From Octopus sinensis (lineage: Eukaryota): a DNA stretch of 64,000 bases. Positions 23,109 to 35,833 of the stretch are shown here, piece after piece. Under the pieces are notes generated by a model. It had not been told where the DNA came from and made no database searches. It saw nothing but the letters and a program-made list of their open reading frames with translations. The DNA lies in NCBI RefSeq assembly GCF_006345805.1, contig NC_043019.1, positions 3,720,001 to 3,784,000 on the forward strand, in the 5' to 3' direction. The number at the start of each line of letters is the position of its first letter. The stretch's first letter is position 1. The translations under genes were made by a program, and so were the position numbers.

Positions 23109-24130
23109 CCGACTAACATAATTGGTTTTACTGTTTTTGTTCAACTGTAAAATTGAACTATTTTTATTGCTATAGACTTTGTAATTTTTTGTACTGTAAA
23201 AAGGATATTTACAAAAAATAAAAACAAAAAAAACCCCTTGTCCTCCTCCTTCTCCTCCTCAACATAGTTCTTATAAATAATAAAAAAAAAAAAAAGGAGT
23301 TATTTTTCTTGTGGAGAATTTTAAGTAACATTTCAGTATGTGCAGCCCTACCCCCTAAAGACAAAAAAAAAAAAAGTTTAAAAAAAAATATAATGGTAAA
23401 TAAATAAATGGTTAAGAAATATGTCACTGACATTTTATTTGTCCTTGCTCTCTCCATTTTTCATACCTAGGATTTTGGAATTTTGTACAAGTCTATTGTA
23501 TAGTTTAAATGTTATGGGACTGGCCAAATTTATTGATCTAAGGGGGGGAGGGGAGAGTGCTGCTGCAGCATGTGTGTTTTGTTAGCTTTTTATTCATTTT
23601 TTTTCTTTACTATACCTACATGTTTGGTTTTGGACAATATCCACTGCTCCAATCTTAGATTTTTTTTTTTTTTTACTATTATTATTATTGTTATTATTAT
23701 TATTATTACTACTACTACTAATAATAAATATTAAAAACTTGGAATTCCTTGCTCTCAGATATTTCGTTTGTGCCATGCAAGTTACGTAGTTTTAACTTTT
23801 TTGTCATATTTCTCTCCGTTAAAACAAACTTTTTTTGTTTTTTTTTTAAAATTCTTTTAAGGAGGGAAGGAATAAAAACTTGTTTTGTTCCCTGTTGTGT
23901 TAATCGTCGCTAGTTTTATTAAAAATTACTTAGGATAGGAACGTGTCTCTGTTGTCTGTGATTCTTGTTAGTTTTAAATATTTCCAAAAAAAAAAAAACC
24001 AACCAAAAAAAATAAAGCTGATTGCTCAGTGGGGTAAATATAAAATATAAACTATTTAGTTCTGCATATCTAGGACTTGCTTGGCATTATTCATAACTCA
24101 GGTTACCTACTCTTTATGTATGTGTGTATA

Positions 24131-24352
24131 TGTATATATATATATATATATATATACATTTATATATATATGTGTGTATATATACATTTATGTGTGTATA
24201 TATACATTTGTGTGTATATATATACATTTGTGTGTATATATATACATGTGTGTATATATACATGTGTGTATATATACATGTGTGTATATATACATGTGTG
24301 TGTATATGTGTATATATACATATGTGTGTATATATATGTGTATATGTATATA
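24131..24352 (+). promoter_or_regulatory. cluster of 11 Pumilio response element matches (TGTATATA)
   Basis: Manual count at 24131, 24175, 24195, 24213, 24233, 24251, 24267, 24283, 24309, 24327 and 24345, inside a ~16-20 bp TG/TA minisatellite. Confidence 0.5.
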
Positions 24353-25559
24353 ACACATACGCTGTCTCTTGCTGGTTCCCTCTCCCAAACATTTCCAAAA
24401 TCTATCTAATTCTAGTTTTCCTTTCACTTGTGTCTTAGATGTCTGTGAAGGGCAACTGTTTTCGGTAGTTGTTGGCATTAGTGAAATTATTTTAGTGTTT
24501 CAGACTTATTATTACTGGGGCAGTACTTTCTTCTCTCCACAATTCTATCGAGGGATTTCTTTGGTAATTCTCTATAATAACCTGGAGAGTTTCTACAAGA
24601 ACTCCCATCCTTACCCTCCACCCCCCCACTGTATATTTTGTATGTGCATGGCGGCACCACCGAAATACCCAGTATTTCAATCCAAAGCAACAGGAATTTC
24701 GTTGAACTTTCATCTACTAACTTGGTGGTCTTAGACACTTTTCTCTTTCTCTCTCTCTCTCTCTCTCTTAGTTGTGGGTGTGTCTCTCAGTTTTTTTTTT
24801 TTTTTTTAAAGAATTTCTCTCCAGCTATACTTTTAATTTGGGACCAGTTCTCTCTCTTATCCAGGAAAACTAACCACATCCCTTGTCAGACGAAGCTGAT
24901 TCAGCTAAGACAACTGCCCCGTTCCACCTCCCTTGTTTTCCTCAATTTTCCTTTTTCTCCCAAGATTTTTCCATTTCTCTAAATATTGGGCATTTCAATA
25001 TTTGGTTCCTTTAGCTTTCTCTCCTATTTTCTTGCCTCTCTACAGCATTTAATGTATCCCCATTCCCTCTCTTTAGCCTCTAATATTCTCTCTCTCTGCT
25101 CCCCTTTCTCAGTGTGTAGTATTCTCTCTCTCCCTCTCTCCCTCTCACACCTGTTCTTTTGCACGTGTGCTCAATTCTCTCGTTAGCATTTACTGTTCTT
25201 CAGTAGCATGTGCTCTTCTCCCTCAAGTTGTGACATTTTCAGTCTCCAAACTCCCCCACCCCACCCCAATCTTCTCTCTTATACAATGGTCTCTCACTAG
25301 AAAGTATGATTGGAACATCCTCCCATATTATATTGTTGCTATTAGTAACCACATTGTGGCTGTCTACGTCTAGTTAGTGATGTATCCCCAAACTTTATCC
25401 GTGAACCTTCTTCCTCTCGTTTTCTGTCTTTTACACTATTTTCTTTGATCAGGAATTTTTCTGCCGCTTTGTTTTATAAAAAAAAAACAAAGCGAAACCC
25501 CACCCCCCAAATTTCTTCCAGCTATTTTCCAATATTGAAATATGTTGTGAAGATACATA

Positions 25560-26260
25560 TGTATATATGTATATCTATATATGTATATATACACGTACAT
25601 ATATCTGTGTATATATATTTGTGTATGTATTTGTATATATATGTATATGTGCATATATGATGTATATCTGTGCACGAATGTGAATTAATGCGCTTGCAAG
25701 CGTGTTTTGTGTTTGTATTTATGCCTCTGTATCCGTGTTTGTATGAATGCATTTAAAAGTATATGCAATTGTTTACGTATGTGTGTATATGCGTTTAAAA
25801 GTGTGAATGAATTTAAGTGCATACGTTTATATTTGTAGCTATTTATGTATATACTAGTGTATGTGCGAGTGTATATACTTGTGAACAAGTATGTGTGTGT
25901 TTGTGTACATACATATACCTGCACACACAGACATGTATATATGTATATAGACATATGTACATATATAGTTGTATAGTTAAATATACACATTTGTATACAT
26001 GTAGGCGCATGTATGTGGATGTGTATGTATGTAGACATGTATATATTGTGTATGTCTGGACTTGTATGTGTTTGTAGTGTGTATGACAGCATCTATATAT
26101 AGATGTGTGTATATGGGCATGTATGTATATATGTATAAACATGTATATAGGTGTATGTGCATATATGTATATAGGCATACGTGTGTATATGTATATAGGC
26201 ATATGTATATATAGGCATGTGTGTATATATACATATATGTATATAAGCATATGTATATAA
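25560..26260 (+). promoter_or_regulatory. second PRE-rich TG/TA tract (at least 18 TGTA[TC]ATA)
   Basis: Manual count in a degenerate RY tract on the sense strand. Confidence 0.4.
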
Positions 26261-27083
26261 GTATGTATATAGGTATGTATATAGGGATATATGTAAAATA
26301 TTTGTATGTATGTAGGCATATGTATGTGTATGTTAGTATGTGGTTGTCTATACATATATATGTATGTATCTCGCTCTTCTTGTATAAGATTTTATTAGGA
26401 ACTGGTTTTCATTCTGTCCAAAGTCAAATAACATTTGTAACTATTTCCCCCCCTCTTCAGTTTTAATGAAATGTTTCTTTAGCTTCAAGACAATTCCCTG
26501 ATCTAAATAAAAATTCCACTCATTTTACTCCTCACGCCACACTAATTTCCCCCTTCCCCTGCTTTCTCTCTCGCATGTGGGGAGAGAAACGGTTTAACAT
26601 GGATTTTATTTTAAACATTTTGTACAATATGTAATGGATTCTAGCCTTTTTGTATATTTGCCCCTTTTCCCCATTGTATATTTATCAAGGTTTTTTTTCT
26701 TAAAAAAAAAAGAAAACAAAAAACAATAACAAACAAGCAAAAAACTATTTATCAATCATCATTTTCTAATTGTACAAAGAATGTATCCATAGCTCTCACT
26801 GTGTTTGGATTAATTCTTAGCAAGTCCTGCCATGGTCACGGCTTGCTGTCCACTTTGCTTCCTTTAGGCTCTTCTCTCTGTTGTTTTGGCCAAAAATCAA
26901 GGGTCTAGAATTTTTTTCTTAATTTTTTAACTTTTTTTTTTTTTTTTTGTAGTTACCTGTAAATGAGTTGTGAAGTACAGCTTTTTTGTTAATTGTACAT
27001 GTTGTATTATACAAGATTTGTGTATTATTGTAATGTTTGTAGCTATATATAAATATATAAATATATATATATATATCCCCCCA

Positions 27084-27089
27084 AATAAA
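27084..27089 (+). terminator. candidate distal polyadenylation signal
   Basis: AATAAA with a downstream GU/U-rich tract, just before SINE density jumps at ~27200. Confidence 0.35.
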
Positions 27090-27197
27090 GTTGCTGGTAT
27101 GTGAACTGCTAGATTTTTGTGTTTTCTTTTGATTATAAAAATTGCTGTTGTCAAAACTGTTTTTTTAATTTTTTTTTTTATATATATCAATTGTTGA

Positions 27198-27762
27198 CTT
27201 ATTTGTGTTTACGTCCCCGTCACTTAGCGGTTCGGCAAAAGAGACCGATAGAATAAGTACTGGGCTTACAAAAGAATAAGTCCCGGGGTCAAATGACTGA
27301 AACGAGTAAAGGAGTAATAGATTTGAAATCGGCAGGGATACAGACGGAGCACATACTCTCTTTACTCTTCTACTTGTTTCAGTCATTTGACTGCGGCCAT
27401 GCTGGAGCACCGCCTTTACTCGAGCAAATCGACCCTGGGACTTATTCTTTGTAAGCCCAGTACTTACCCTATCGGTCTCTTTTTGCCGAACCGCTAAGTG
27501 ACGGGGACGTAAACACACCAGCATCGGTTGTCAAGCAATGCTAGGGGGGCAGACACAAACACAAACACACACACATATATATACACACACACATATATAC
27601 GATGGGCTTCTTTCAGTTTCTGTCTACCAAATCCACTCACAAGGCATTGGTCGGCCCTGGGCTATAGCAGAAGATACTTGCCCAAGATGCCATGCAGTGG
27701 GACTAAACCCGGAACCATGTGGTTGGTAAGCAAGCTACTTACCACATAGCCACTCCTGCGCC
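27198..27762. mobile_element. SINE A 3' fragment (+) abutting full SINE A (-)
   Basis: 27198-27320 is a + strand 3' half. 27355-27762 is a full minus copy. Confidence 0.85.
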
Positions 27763-27896
27763 TATGTGTAGACTCATTTGCTAATTGCCATGTGATGTTT
27801 CATTCTGTTGCAACCAGGATTCCAATTTGAAACCTCAATCACGTCTGTAGTGCACTTCCTGCTGTATTGGTACCTACTACAACTTACTCGGTATAC

Positions 27897-28299
27897 CGTT
27901 TTACTCTTTTACTTGTTTCAGTCGTGTGACTGTGGCCATGCTGGAGCACTGCCTTTAGTCAAACAAATCGACCCCCCCCTCCCCCCAGGACTTACTCTTT
28001 GTAAGCCTAGTACTTATTCTATTGGTCTCTTTTGCCAAACCGCTAAGTTATGGGGACGTAAACACACTAGCATCTGTTGTCAAGCGATGTTGGGGGTGGG
28101 GGACAAACACAAACATACACACACACATACATATATGGCATGTTAAAGCACCCACTACACTCTCGGAGTGGTTGGCGTTAGGAAACTCTGCCAGATCAAG
28201 ACCGGAGCCTGGTGCAGCCATCTGGTTCGCCAGCCCTCACTCAAACCGTCCAACACATGCTAGCATGGTAATCGGACGTTAAACGATGATGATGATGAT

Positions 28300-28330
<31 letters not shown>

Positions 28331-28411
28331 ATGTATATATATATGTATATATGTATGTATATGTATATATATATGTATATGTATATATATATGTATATAT
28401 ATATATGTATG

Positions 28412-28443
<32 letters not shown>

Positions 28444-28757
28444 TGTATATATATGTATGTATGTATATGTATGTATATATATGTATATGTATGTATATGT
28501 ATGTATATATATGTATATATATGTATATGTATGTATATGTATGTATATATATATGTATATATATGTATATATATATATATATGTATATATATAATGTGTG
28601 TGTGTGTGCGACGGTCTTCTTTCAGTTTCCGGCTAGCAAATCCACACACAGGTCTTTGGTCGGCCCGACACTTGCCCAAGGTGCCACGCAGTGGGACTGA
28701 TTCTGGAACCATGTGGTTGGTATCCAAGCTACTTACCATACAGCCATTCCTGCGCCT
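27897..28757 (-). mobile_element. SINE A interrupted in its internal slot by a family C insertion and ~300 bp of (TATG/TA)n
   Basis: 3' half at 27897-28135, family C at 28136-28300, microsatellite at 28305-28610 and 5' half at 28610-28757. Confidence 0.75.
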
Positions 28758-28964
28758 ATAAGTTGATAATTTCTTTTATTAAATTGAAAAAAAAAAATTC
28801 CTGTTGTATCCTTATCTGTCAATGACCATTTTCTTCTTTCCTTTTTTTTTTCCAATTTGACTGCAATCCTTTTCTTTGGCTCCATTCCCGGGATGGAGTC
28901 ATAGTTTAACTGAACTGAACGCATTCAGTTAGCAGTGCAAAATGCTTCAAAATGTGTTTCGCAA

Positions 28965-29365
28965 TGTTAGGAGTGGCTGTGTGGTAAGTAGCTTGCTAAC
29001 TAACCACATGGTTCCGGGTTCAGTCCCACTGCGTGGCATCTTGGGCAAGTGTCTTCTGCTATAGCCCCGGGCCGATCAATGCCTTGTGAGTGGATTTGGT
29101 AGACGCAAACTGAAAGAAGCCTGTCATATATGTATATATATATATACATATATATATGTGTGTGTGTGTCTGTGTTTGTCTCCCTAGCATTGCTTGACAA
29201 CCGATGCTGGTGTGTTTATGTCCCCGTAACTTAGCGGTTCGGCAAAAGAGACCGATAGAATAAGTACTGGGCTTACAAAGAATAAGTCCCGGGGTCGATC
29301 TGCTCGACCAAAGGCGGTGCTCCAGCATGGCTGCAGTCAAATGACTGAAACAAGTAAAAGAGAAT
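28965..29365 (+). mobile_element. SINE family A
   Basis: Full consensus match. Further copies at ~31922-32385(+), 39670-40070(+), 42115-42536(-), 44670-45095(+), 50715-51135(-), 52020-52452(-), 54796-55225(+), 62320-62757(-) and 63971-end(+). Confidence 0.9.
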
Positions 29366-29644
29366 TTAAAAAAAGAATTTGCCCGATTTCATTGAAATGA
29401 ACAGTTATTTGTGGGACACTTTGTGTGTGTTCTTGAGAAACGTCTTCATTTTGAGAACAAACTTATACATCATTTGATGTCTACTTTCCCATGTCTGCAT
29501 ATGTTGCACAGAATTGAGATGGACTTTCTATGGTTGGATGCCTTTCCTGTTGCCAACCCCCATCTGTTAACAAGTAAAGTAGTATTTCCCAAGAGCAAAC
29601 ATTTTCACAGAATATTGTTCAGGCAAGTAAAATCAAAATTCGAT

Positions 29645-30077
29645 GACTGGCGTCTGTGCTAGCGGGGTGCAAAGGGCACCACACGAGTGGGATCATTGAC
29701 AGAGCGGCTAATCGGCTTCAGTGCCAGTGGAACTTAAAGGCACCATTCGAGCCGAGCCCCGTGCTAGTAGGGTATTAAGAGCACCATCCGAGCGTGATCG
29801 TTGCCAGAGCGGCTATCTGGCCTCCGCGCCGCTGGCACGTAATAGACACCATTCGAGCATGATCGTTACCAGCATCGCCTTACTGGCACCTGTGCCGGTG
29901 GCACGTAAAAGGCACCCACTACACTCTCGGAGTGGTTGGCGTTAGGAAGGGCATCAAGCTGTAGAAACTATGCCAGATCAAGATTGGAGCTTGGTGCAGC
30001 CTTCTGGTTCGCCAGCCCTCAGTCATTCGTCCAACCCATGCTAGCATGGAAAGCAGACGTTAAACGATGATGATGAT
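29645..30077 (+). mobile_element. retroposon family C with diverged 5' repeats
   Basis: About five degenerate gtgc..gcacca units (40-66 bp) precede the conserved body and (GAT)n tail. Confidence 0.7.
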
Positions 30078-30608
30078 TGGAAACAAACGACACTGTCTGG
30101 ATGCCTGATACTTGCTTACATCTATTGTATCAAAAATAAGGACGGACGGGGACACTCATGAGCTTTCAGTTTCTGCCCTCCTACCAAATACACTCAATAA
30201 TTGGAACGATAATAGATACCTATTTCTATTACCCACAAAGGGCTGAACACGGGACAAACGGATTAAGTCGATTACATCGACTCCAGTGCGTAACTGGCAC
30301 TTAATTTATCGACCCCGAAAGGATGAAAGGCAAAGTCGACCTCGGCGGAATTTGAACTAGAACGTAACGACAGACGAAATACGACTACGCATTTCGCCCG
30401 GCGTGCTAACGATTCTGCCAGTTCGCCCAAGGTTCCACGCATTGGGCTTGAACCCAAAACCACGTGGTTGAGAAGCAAATTTCTTACACCTGTTTCTTCC
30501 CCCCTCCACCCGCCGGGTTCAGCTGCATTCTAGGACGCCTTGGACAAGTGTCTTTCACTAGCTGGCTGACTAAATCCTTGGGTGGATTTGGTAGACAGAA
30601 ACCGAAGG

Positions 30609-31021
30609 AAGTCTATGAAGAAAGGCTGAAGACGCTCGACCTTTATTCTCTAGAAGAACGACGACGCCGTGGTGATCTCATTTCTCGTTCACAACATCAT
30701 AAGCGGAAAGTGTAACCTCTCGAAAGAGCTGTTCTTCACTCCTGCTCCAGAGCGTCGGCTGCGGAGTCACTCCAAAAAGCTCTATCTGCGACGATTTCAT
30801 CTCAATCGAAGGAGAGGGGCTTTCTCCGTCCGGGTTGCGGATCCGTGGAATAAGCTGCCGGACGAGATAGTGAAGATGCCGACGACCGCTCGGTTCAAAG
30901 TCTCTCTTGACCAGAAATGGCCTGAACTCTTTGCATGAACACCACCCTGTACATAACACCATGTCCCCCTACATGGCCTTGCTTTTTGCTTTTTGAGCCA
31001 AAAAATTAACTTAACTTAACT
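30609..31021 (+). mobile_element. 5'-truncated CR1-clade LINE (RT C-terminus, 3' UTR and tail)
   Basis: YEERLKTLDLYSLEERRRRGDLI, then a frameshift, then LRSHSKKL...FSVRVADPWNKLP...FKVSLD, typical of CR1 ORF2 ends. (TTAAC)n tail. Inserted in a degenerate SINE A. Confidence 0.85.
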
Positions 31022-31289
31022 ATGTGTGTGTCGACATCACGTGGTAGTTGTAAGTAAGTGTCGCCAACATATAGGTGGTATCATTCGTTTTGCAATCTTC
31101 CGTGAAAATATCTCCGGTCATGAGGAAATATTACGTTACTTGGAATTGGGTGAGGGTTAGCAACAGGAAGAGCATCCGACTAAAAAATCTCCCATAATAG
31201 ATTCTGTCCAGGGATGAAGAAGTGAACGTTCAAATGATGATACATCTCAAGTAATCTACTTTACTCCTCTTTATAGGTTTGGCAGTGAA

Positions 31290-31560
31290 TGCTCACACAT
31301 TAAATAATAAATGCGCCCTTTTTAAGTCAAGCTCATGGGGCCCGGTTTCCCCGGTTCCAATGGCGTATGTGTTCTCCAGCTGGATGGGACGCCAGTCCAT
31401 CGCAGCATTACTCATTTTTGCCAGCTGAGTAGACTGGAGCAACGTGAAATGAAGTGTTTTGCTCAATGACACAACGAGTCGCCTGGTCCAGGAATCGAAA
31501 CCACAATCTTACGATCATGATGCTGACACCCTAACCACTAAGCCACGCGCCTCCACAAAA
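31290..31560 (-). mobile_element. tRNA-derived SINE family D (V-SINE-like core)
   Basis: The head has A/B boxes (TGGCTTAGTGG; GGTTTCGATTCC) and the core is GATGGACTGGCGTCCC(A/G)TCCAG. Copies at 42929-43190(+) and 56335-56630(+, hybrid). Confidence 0.65.
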
Positions 31561-32082
31561 TAAATACGCCCTTTTAAAGCCTAGCCAGGCTCATGGACCC
31601 GGTTTCAATGGCGTCTACCAAATCCACTCACAAGGCTTTGGTCGGCCCGAGGCTATAATAGTAGAAGACACTTGCCCAAGGTGCCACGCAGTGGGACTGA
31701 ACCCGGAACCATGTGGTTCGTGAGCAAGTTACTTACCACGCACCTAACATAAAAGAACATGTAGTTAACCGCGTAGAGATTATGGGGCATTCATGCCTTA
31801 CACAGCGGCAGTGCAAACCAGCGAGGGACCCTGTATGTTGTCACTCGACCAATAAGAAATAGCGACCAACGTCTTTCTTCATGTATTTTCCTCCACTAAA
31901 AATTGAAACAAAATATCATATAGCGCAGGAGTGGCTGTGTGGTAAGTAGCTTGCTTACCAACCACATGGTTCTGGGTTCAGTCCCACCGCGTGGCACCTT
32001 GGGCAAGTGTCTTCTACTATAGCCTCGGGCCGACCAAAGCCATGTGAGTAGATTTGGTAGGCGGAAAGTGAAAGAAGCCTGC

Positions 32083-32121
<39 letters not shown>

Positions 32122-32141
32122 GTATGTATATATGTGTGTAT

Positions 32142-32173
<32 letters not shown>

Positions 32174-33075
32174 GTATGTGTGTTTGTATGTCAGTGTTTG
32201 TCCTCTCAACAACACTTGACAACCGATGCTGCTGTGTTTACGTCCCCGTAACTTACCAGTTCGACAAAACAGATCGTAAGAATATGTACGAGGCTTACAA
32301 ATAATAAGTCCTGGGGTCGATTTCTTCGACTAAAGGCGGTGCTCCAGCATGGCCACAGTCAAATGACTGAAACAAGTAAAAGAGTATATGAAGAATAGCC
32401 AAGGGAATTAACTGCGGTTTCTACAACCCTGAGTTATCTACCTTGATAAAAACTGAAACCTCGTGTTGCAGTAGTTGGGAGGAAGGAACGTCTCAACGAA
32501 CAGATGACAGAAGAACTTCTACGTTGTCGTTTAACCTGTTCAGCCTGCTTGAAATAAATGCCAAATATCCCTCAAATCTTACACTACGTCTTCAAAGGAA
32601 AGATATTATTGGAAATGAAGGATGGATACGTCTGGAACATCTTTGTTCATAGCACAACGACATTGTATACGTTATACGTTCAGAGTGTAACAGTTGTGTG
32701 CGAGTTGGCAGGATTGCTAAAGCGGCGAGCTGGCAGAAACGTTAGCACGCCGGGCGTAATGCTTAGCGGTATTTCGTCTGTCTTACGTTCTGAGTTCAAA
32801 TTCCGCCGAGGTCGACTTTACCTTTCATCCTTTCGGGGTCGATTAAATAAGTACCAGTTACGCACTGGAGTCGATATAATCGACTTAATCCGTTTTTCTG
32901 TCCTTGTTTGTCCTCTCTGTGTTTAGCCCCTTGTGGGTAGTAAAGAAATAGGTATTTTGTCTGCCGTTAGGTTCTGAGTTCAAATTACGCCCAGGTCGAC
33001 TTTGCCTTTCATCCTATCGGGGATAGGATGAAAGGCAAAGTCGACCTATCGGGGATAGGATGAAAGGCTATAAAG

Positions 33076-35434
33076 CAGTGTTTCCCAACCTTTTTTCCCG
33101 GCGCCCCACGTTTTCATAGCAAAAGTTTTTACGCCCCACCTTTTCCCATGTCCACTCACATTTACAAGTACATGTGGGCCTACTTACAATTGAAAAAAAA
33201 TCAAAAATTAAAAAATTGTATTCAAAATACAAAAAATAGTTTGAGAATTGAAACAACAGGCACTGAAAGTGCATAACACCCAATAAATCGATAAAATTAT
33301 TACGATTTCTCATGTTTTTAAAAAATGTCAATTTATAAAGAATAAAGAAACACGTTTTTTCAGTTCAATTATTTGACGGTCAGCTCGACTAATTTGTGAG
33401 AACCCTGTGCCTGATGCATACAGCACAAGTTTTTAATTTGAGGAGACAACTTTGTTAATTTCAGTCGTAAATCGCCACGTTTTGTAATCTCAAGCCGGTT
33501 TCTCTTGGCTTCGAGCAAATTATCAACTGCACTAAAACCACATTCGACCAAATAAGACGAAGGGAAAGGAATCAGTAGCTCTCTCGCTGATGTAGAAATT
33601 TTAGGATATTTTCTTTCAACCTCGTCATATAGCCACATCTTTGTACCTTTCAATTTAAACAAAGTCTTCACTGATTCATCATGTTGTAATTCTGATAACT
33701 CTTCTTGGTATTGGATTGTAGCATCAGAAACGTTAATCAGAAGCGGTTGAGTTAACCAAGAAGGAAAATTCATTGCCTTTAAATCGCAAAATCTGTCATT
33801 GAAATCCTTTATCAAGATATTTAAATGATCAATAATTACAATGCCAGCATCATTCGTTATTTCACATTTACTCAACCAGTAAAGTTCACTGAAATTTCTT
33901 TTTCCATAATTCGAGAGCTGTAATAAATCCAAAAATCTTTGCTTTTGCATCAATAAGTGTCATGTTTGCACCTTGAAGTTGTTTATTCAAGTTTCCAAGT
34001 TTCTCAAATATGTCTGTCAAATAACTGACAAATGCTTTTCCATCCGTTGTTGACAGCAATTTCATTTCACATTTATCACTAAGAAAGTCGTTAATCTGAT
34101 CAAATAATTCCATGAACCTCTTTAAGCAGTTTCCACTTGATAGCCATCTTACTTCTGTATGAAGCAATAATCGAACATGTTCGGCACTTTGATTTATACA
34201 AAACTGCTTAAAAAGACGTTCAGATTTAGAATTTCTTTTAATGCTGTTGACACACTTGATCACACTTTGAAGAATCTTGTTAAGAACAGGGGACAATTTC
34301 TTGGTAACCAAGTTTTCTCGGTGTATTACACAATGGACAGTCAACATGTTTGGATTTTCATCCTTCATCATTTTTAAGCATCCCGTATTCTTGCCCATCA
34401 TGGCAGGTGCATCGTCTGCCGCACATGCCAGTAAGTTTTCCTTTGGTATTTTGTTTGCATCCAAATAATGTTTGATTTTGATGTAAATATCATTTGCAGT
34501 TGTGGTGGTTTCAAACGATTCGCAGAACAACATCTCTTCCTGAAACTCCTCGTGGTCAATATACCTCACATAAGTCAATAACAGAGCCTCACTGTCCCGG
34601 ATTGTGGATTCGTCCATTTGTAATGAAAACTTACGCAATTTTAATTTCTCAATGAGCTGGCTTTCAACATCTTGCCCCATTTCATCTATTCTGTTCGAGA
34701 CAGTGTTATTACTGAGTGGCATAGTCCTGATATCTCCATCATCTTTTTGTAATACAGTTTTTAAGAATATTGAGATAGCAGGTTTAATCAGTTGCTCTCC
34801 AATAGTGTGATTCTTTCCATGTTTTGCTATAAGCAAGGAGATTTCGTAGCTGGCTTCAAGGGCACGAGTATGAGGCGCTTGTTTTGCATGAAATAGTGAA
34901 GTGAGTTTTGTTCGGTTTTTAAATTTTTCTTTCAATGATTTGAAGTATTCCAAATCTAAATTAGAATTATTAGGATGTCTTACCTTTAAGTGCGCTTCCA
35001 GCCTACCTGCCTTCATTGACTCATTGCTCATCGTCTGATTACATAATAAGCAAAACGGTTTACGCTCATCATGCTCATCAGGAATGAATCCAAACTTCAA
35101 AAACTCCACCGCGTATTGACGAGTCTTCTTCTTGTTTGGTTTGCTCATTTTCAATAGGGCTAACAAAAGACTAATTGAGGCAAACTAATTGAGGCAATTG
35201 ATTGGCTTATCTGAATAGTAAGTTTATTGCTCAGTGCGGGATCTTCTTTGTCTCGCTGGGGTGCGAGAGTTTCCGATGTGGAGGCTTCAAAGGAAAGACG
35301 GAATCTAAGGTTGTGCCCGCGATGACCGCTCGTTATGTACAAATATTTTCACAGCCCACGTCTATGCCCCGCGCCCCACCTGAATTTTCTCAGGCCCCAC
35401 CAGTGGGGCGTACGCCCCACCTTGGGAATCACTG
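33076..35434 (-). mobile_element. hAT superfamily, Buster/Charlie-type DNA transposon, 2359 bp
   Basis: TIRs CAGTGTTTCCCAA / CAGTGATTCCCAA. Perfect 8-bp TSD CTATAAAG (33068-33075 and 35435-35442) with central TA. Subterminal CGCCCCAC repeats. Confidence 0.95.
33369..35148 (-). pseudogene. Buster-type transposase (~590 aa) broken by one frameshift near 33900
   Basis: ATG at 35148. BED-like CxxC...H...H, FSLQMDEST, DDAPAM, HCVIH, HTEVRWLS, and in the second frame PFPSSYLVECGFS and RGDLRLKLT. ORFs 33886-35166 and 33369-33953 overlap. Confidence 0.92.
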
Positions 35435-35833
35435 CTATAAAGGATACACACACACACACAGAGACATTTTGCCGTTTATATATATATAGATTAAGATCTA
35501 AACTGTAAATATATATGTATCCGGAAGAGATAGTTGAATAACTGTAAACCTACGTTTGGGCCACCCTGTATATATACACACATATAGACAATGTTTTCTG
35601 CTGCTCAATCAACTGAGTCACCAGCTCATTGAATTAGCGTATAAGGCTGAGTATACCAGAGACGAGCACCATTAAAGTAATTCTCAGACAGAATCAGCGT
35701 AACGCTGTGTGCAACAAACTTTGACAGTTAAATTACTGGTACAATTATTCCGTCAGGATTCTTTACTGTCTCCGCTCATTTAACTCCACTCACAAACTTT
35801 TGGTTGAATTAAGGGTACGATAAAAGAGACTCG

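Larger units (their letters stand above)
16408..27150 (+). other. pum: putative long pumilio 3' UTR (true end unknown)
   Basis: Follows the stop codon. U-rich and nearly free of SINEs, unlike the flanks. AATAAA at 19258, 21027, 23217, 24011, 26506 and 27084; the last is followed by GU/U-rich sequence. The extent is inferred. Confidence 0.5.

Noticed and set aside
33890-33915. Programmed ribosomal frameshift in the transposase
   Set aside because: There is no canonical X XXY YYZ heptamer. A simple deletion or sequencing error is more likely.
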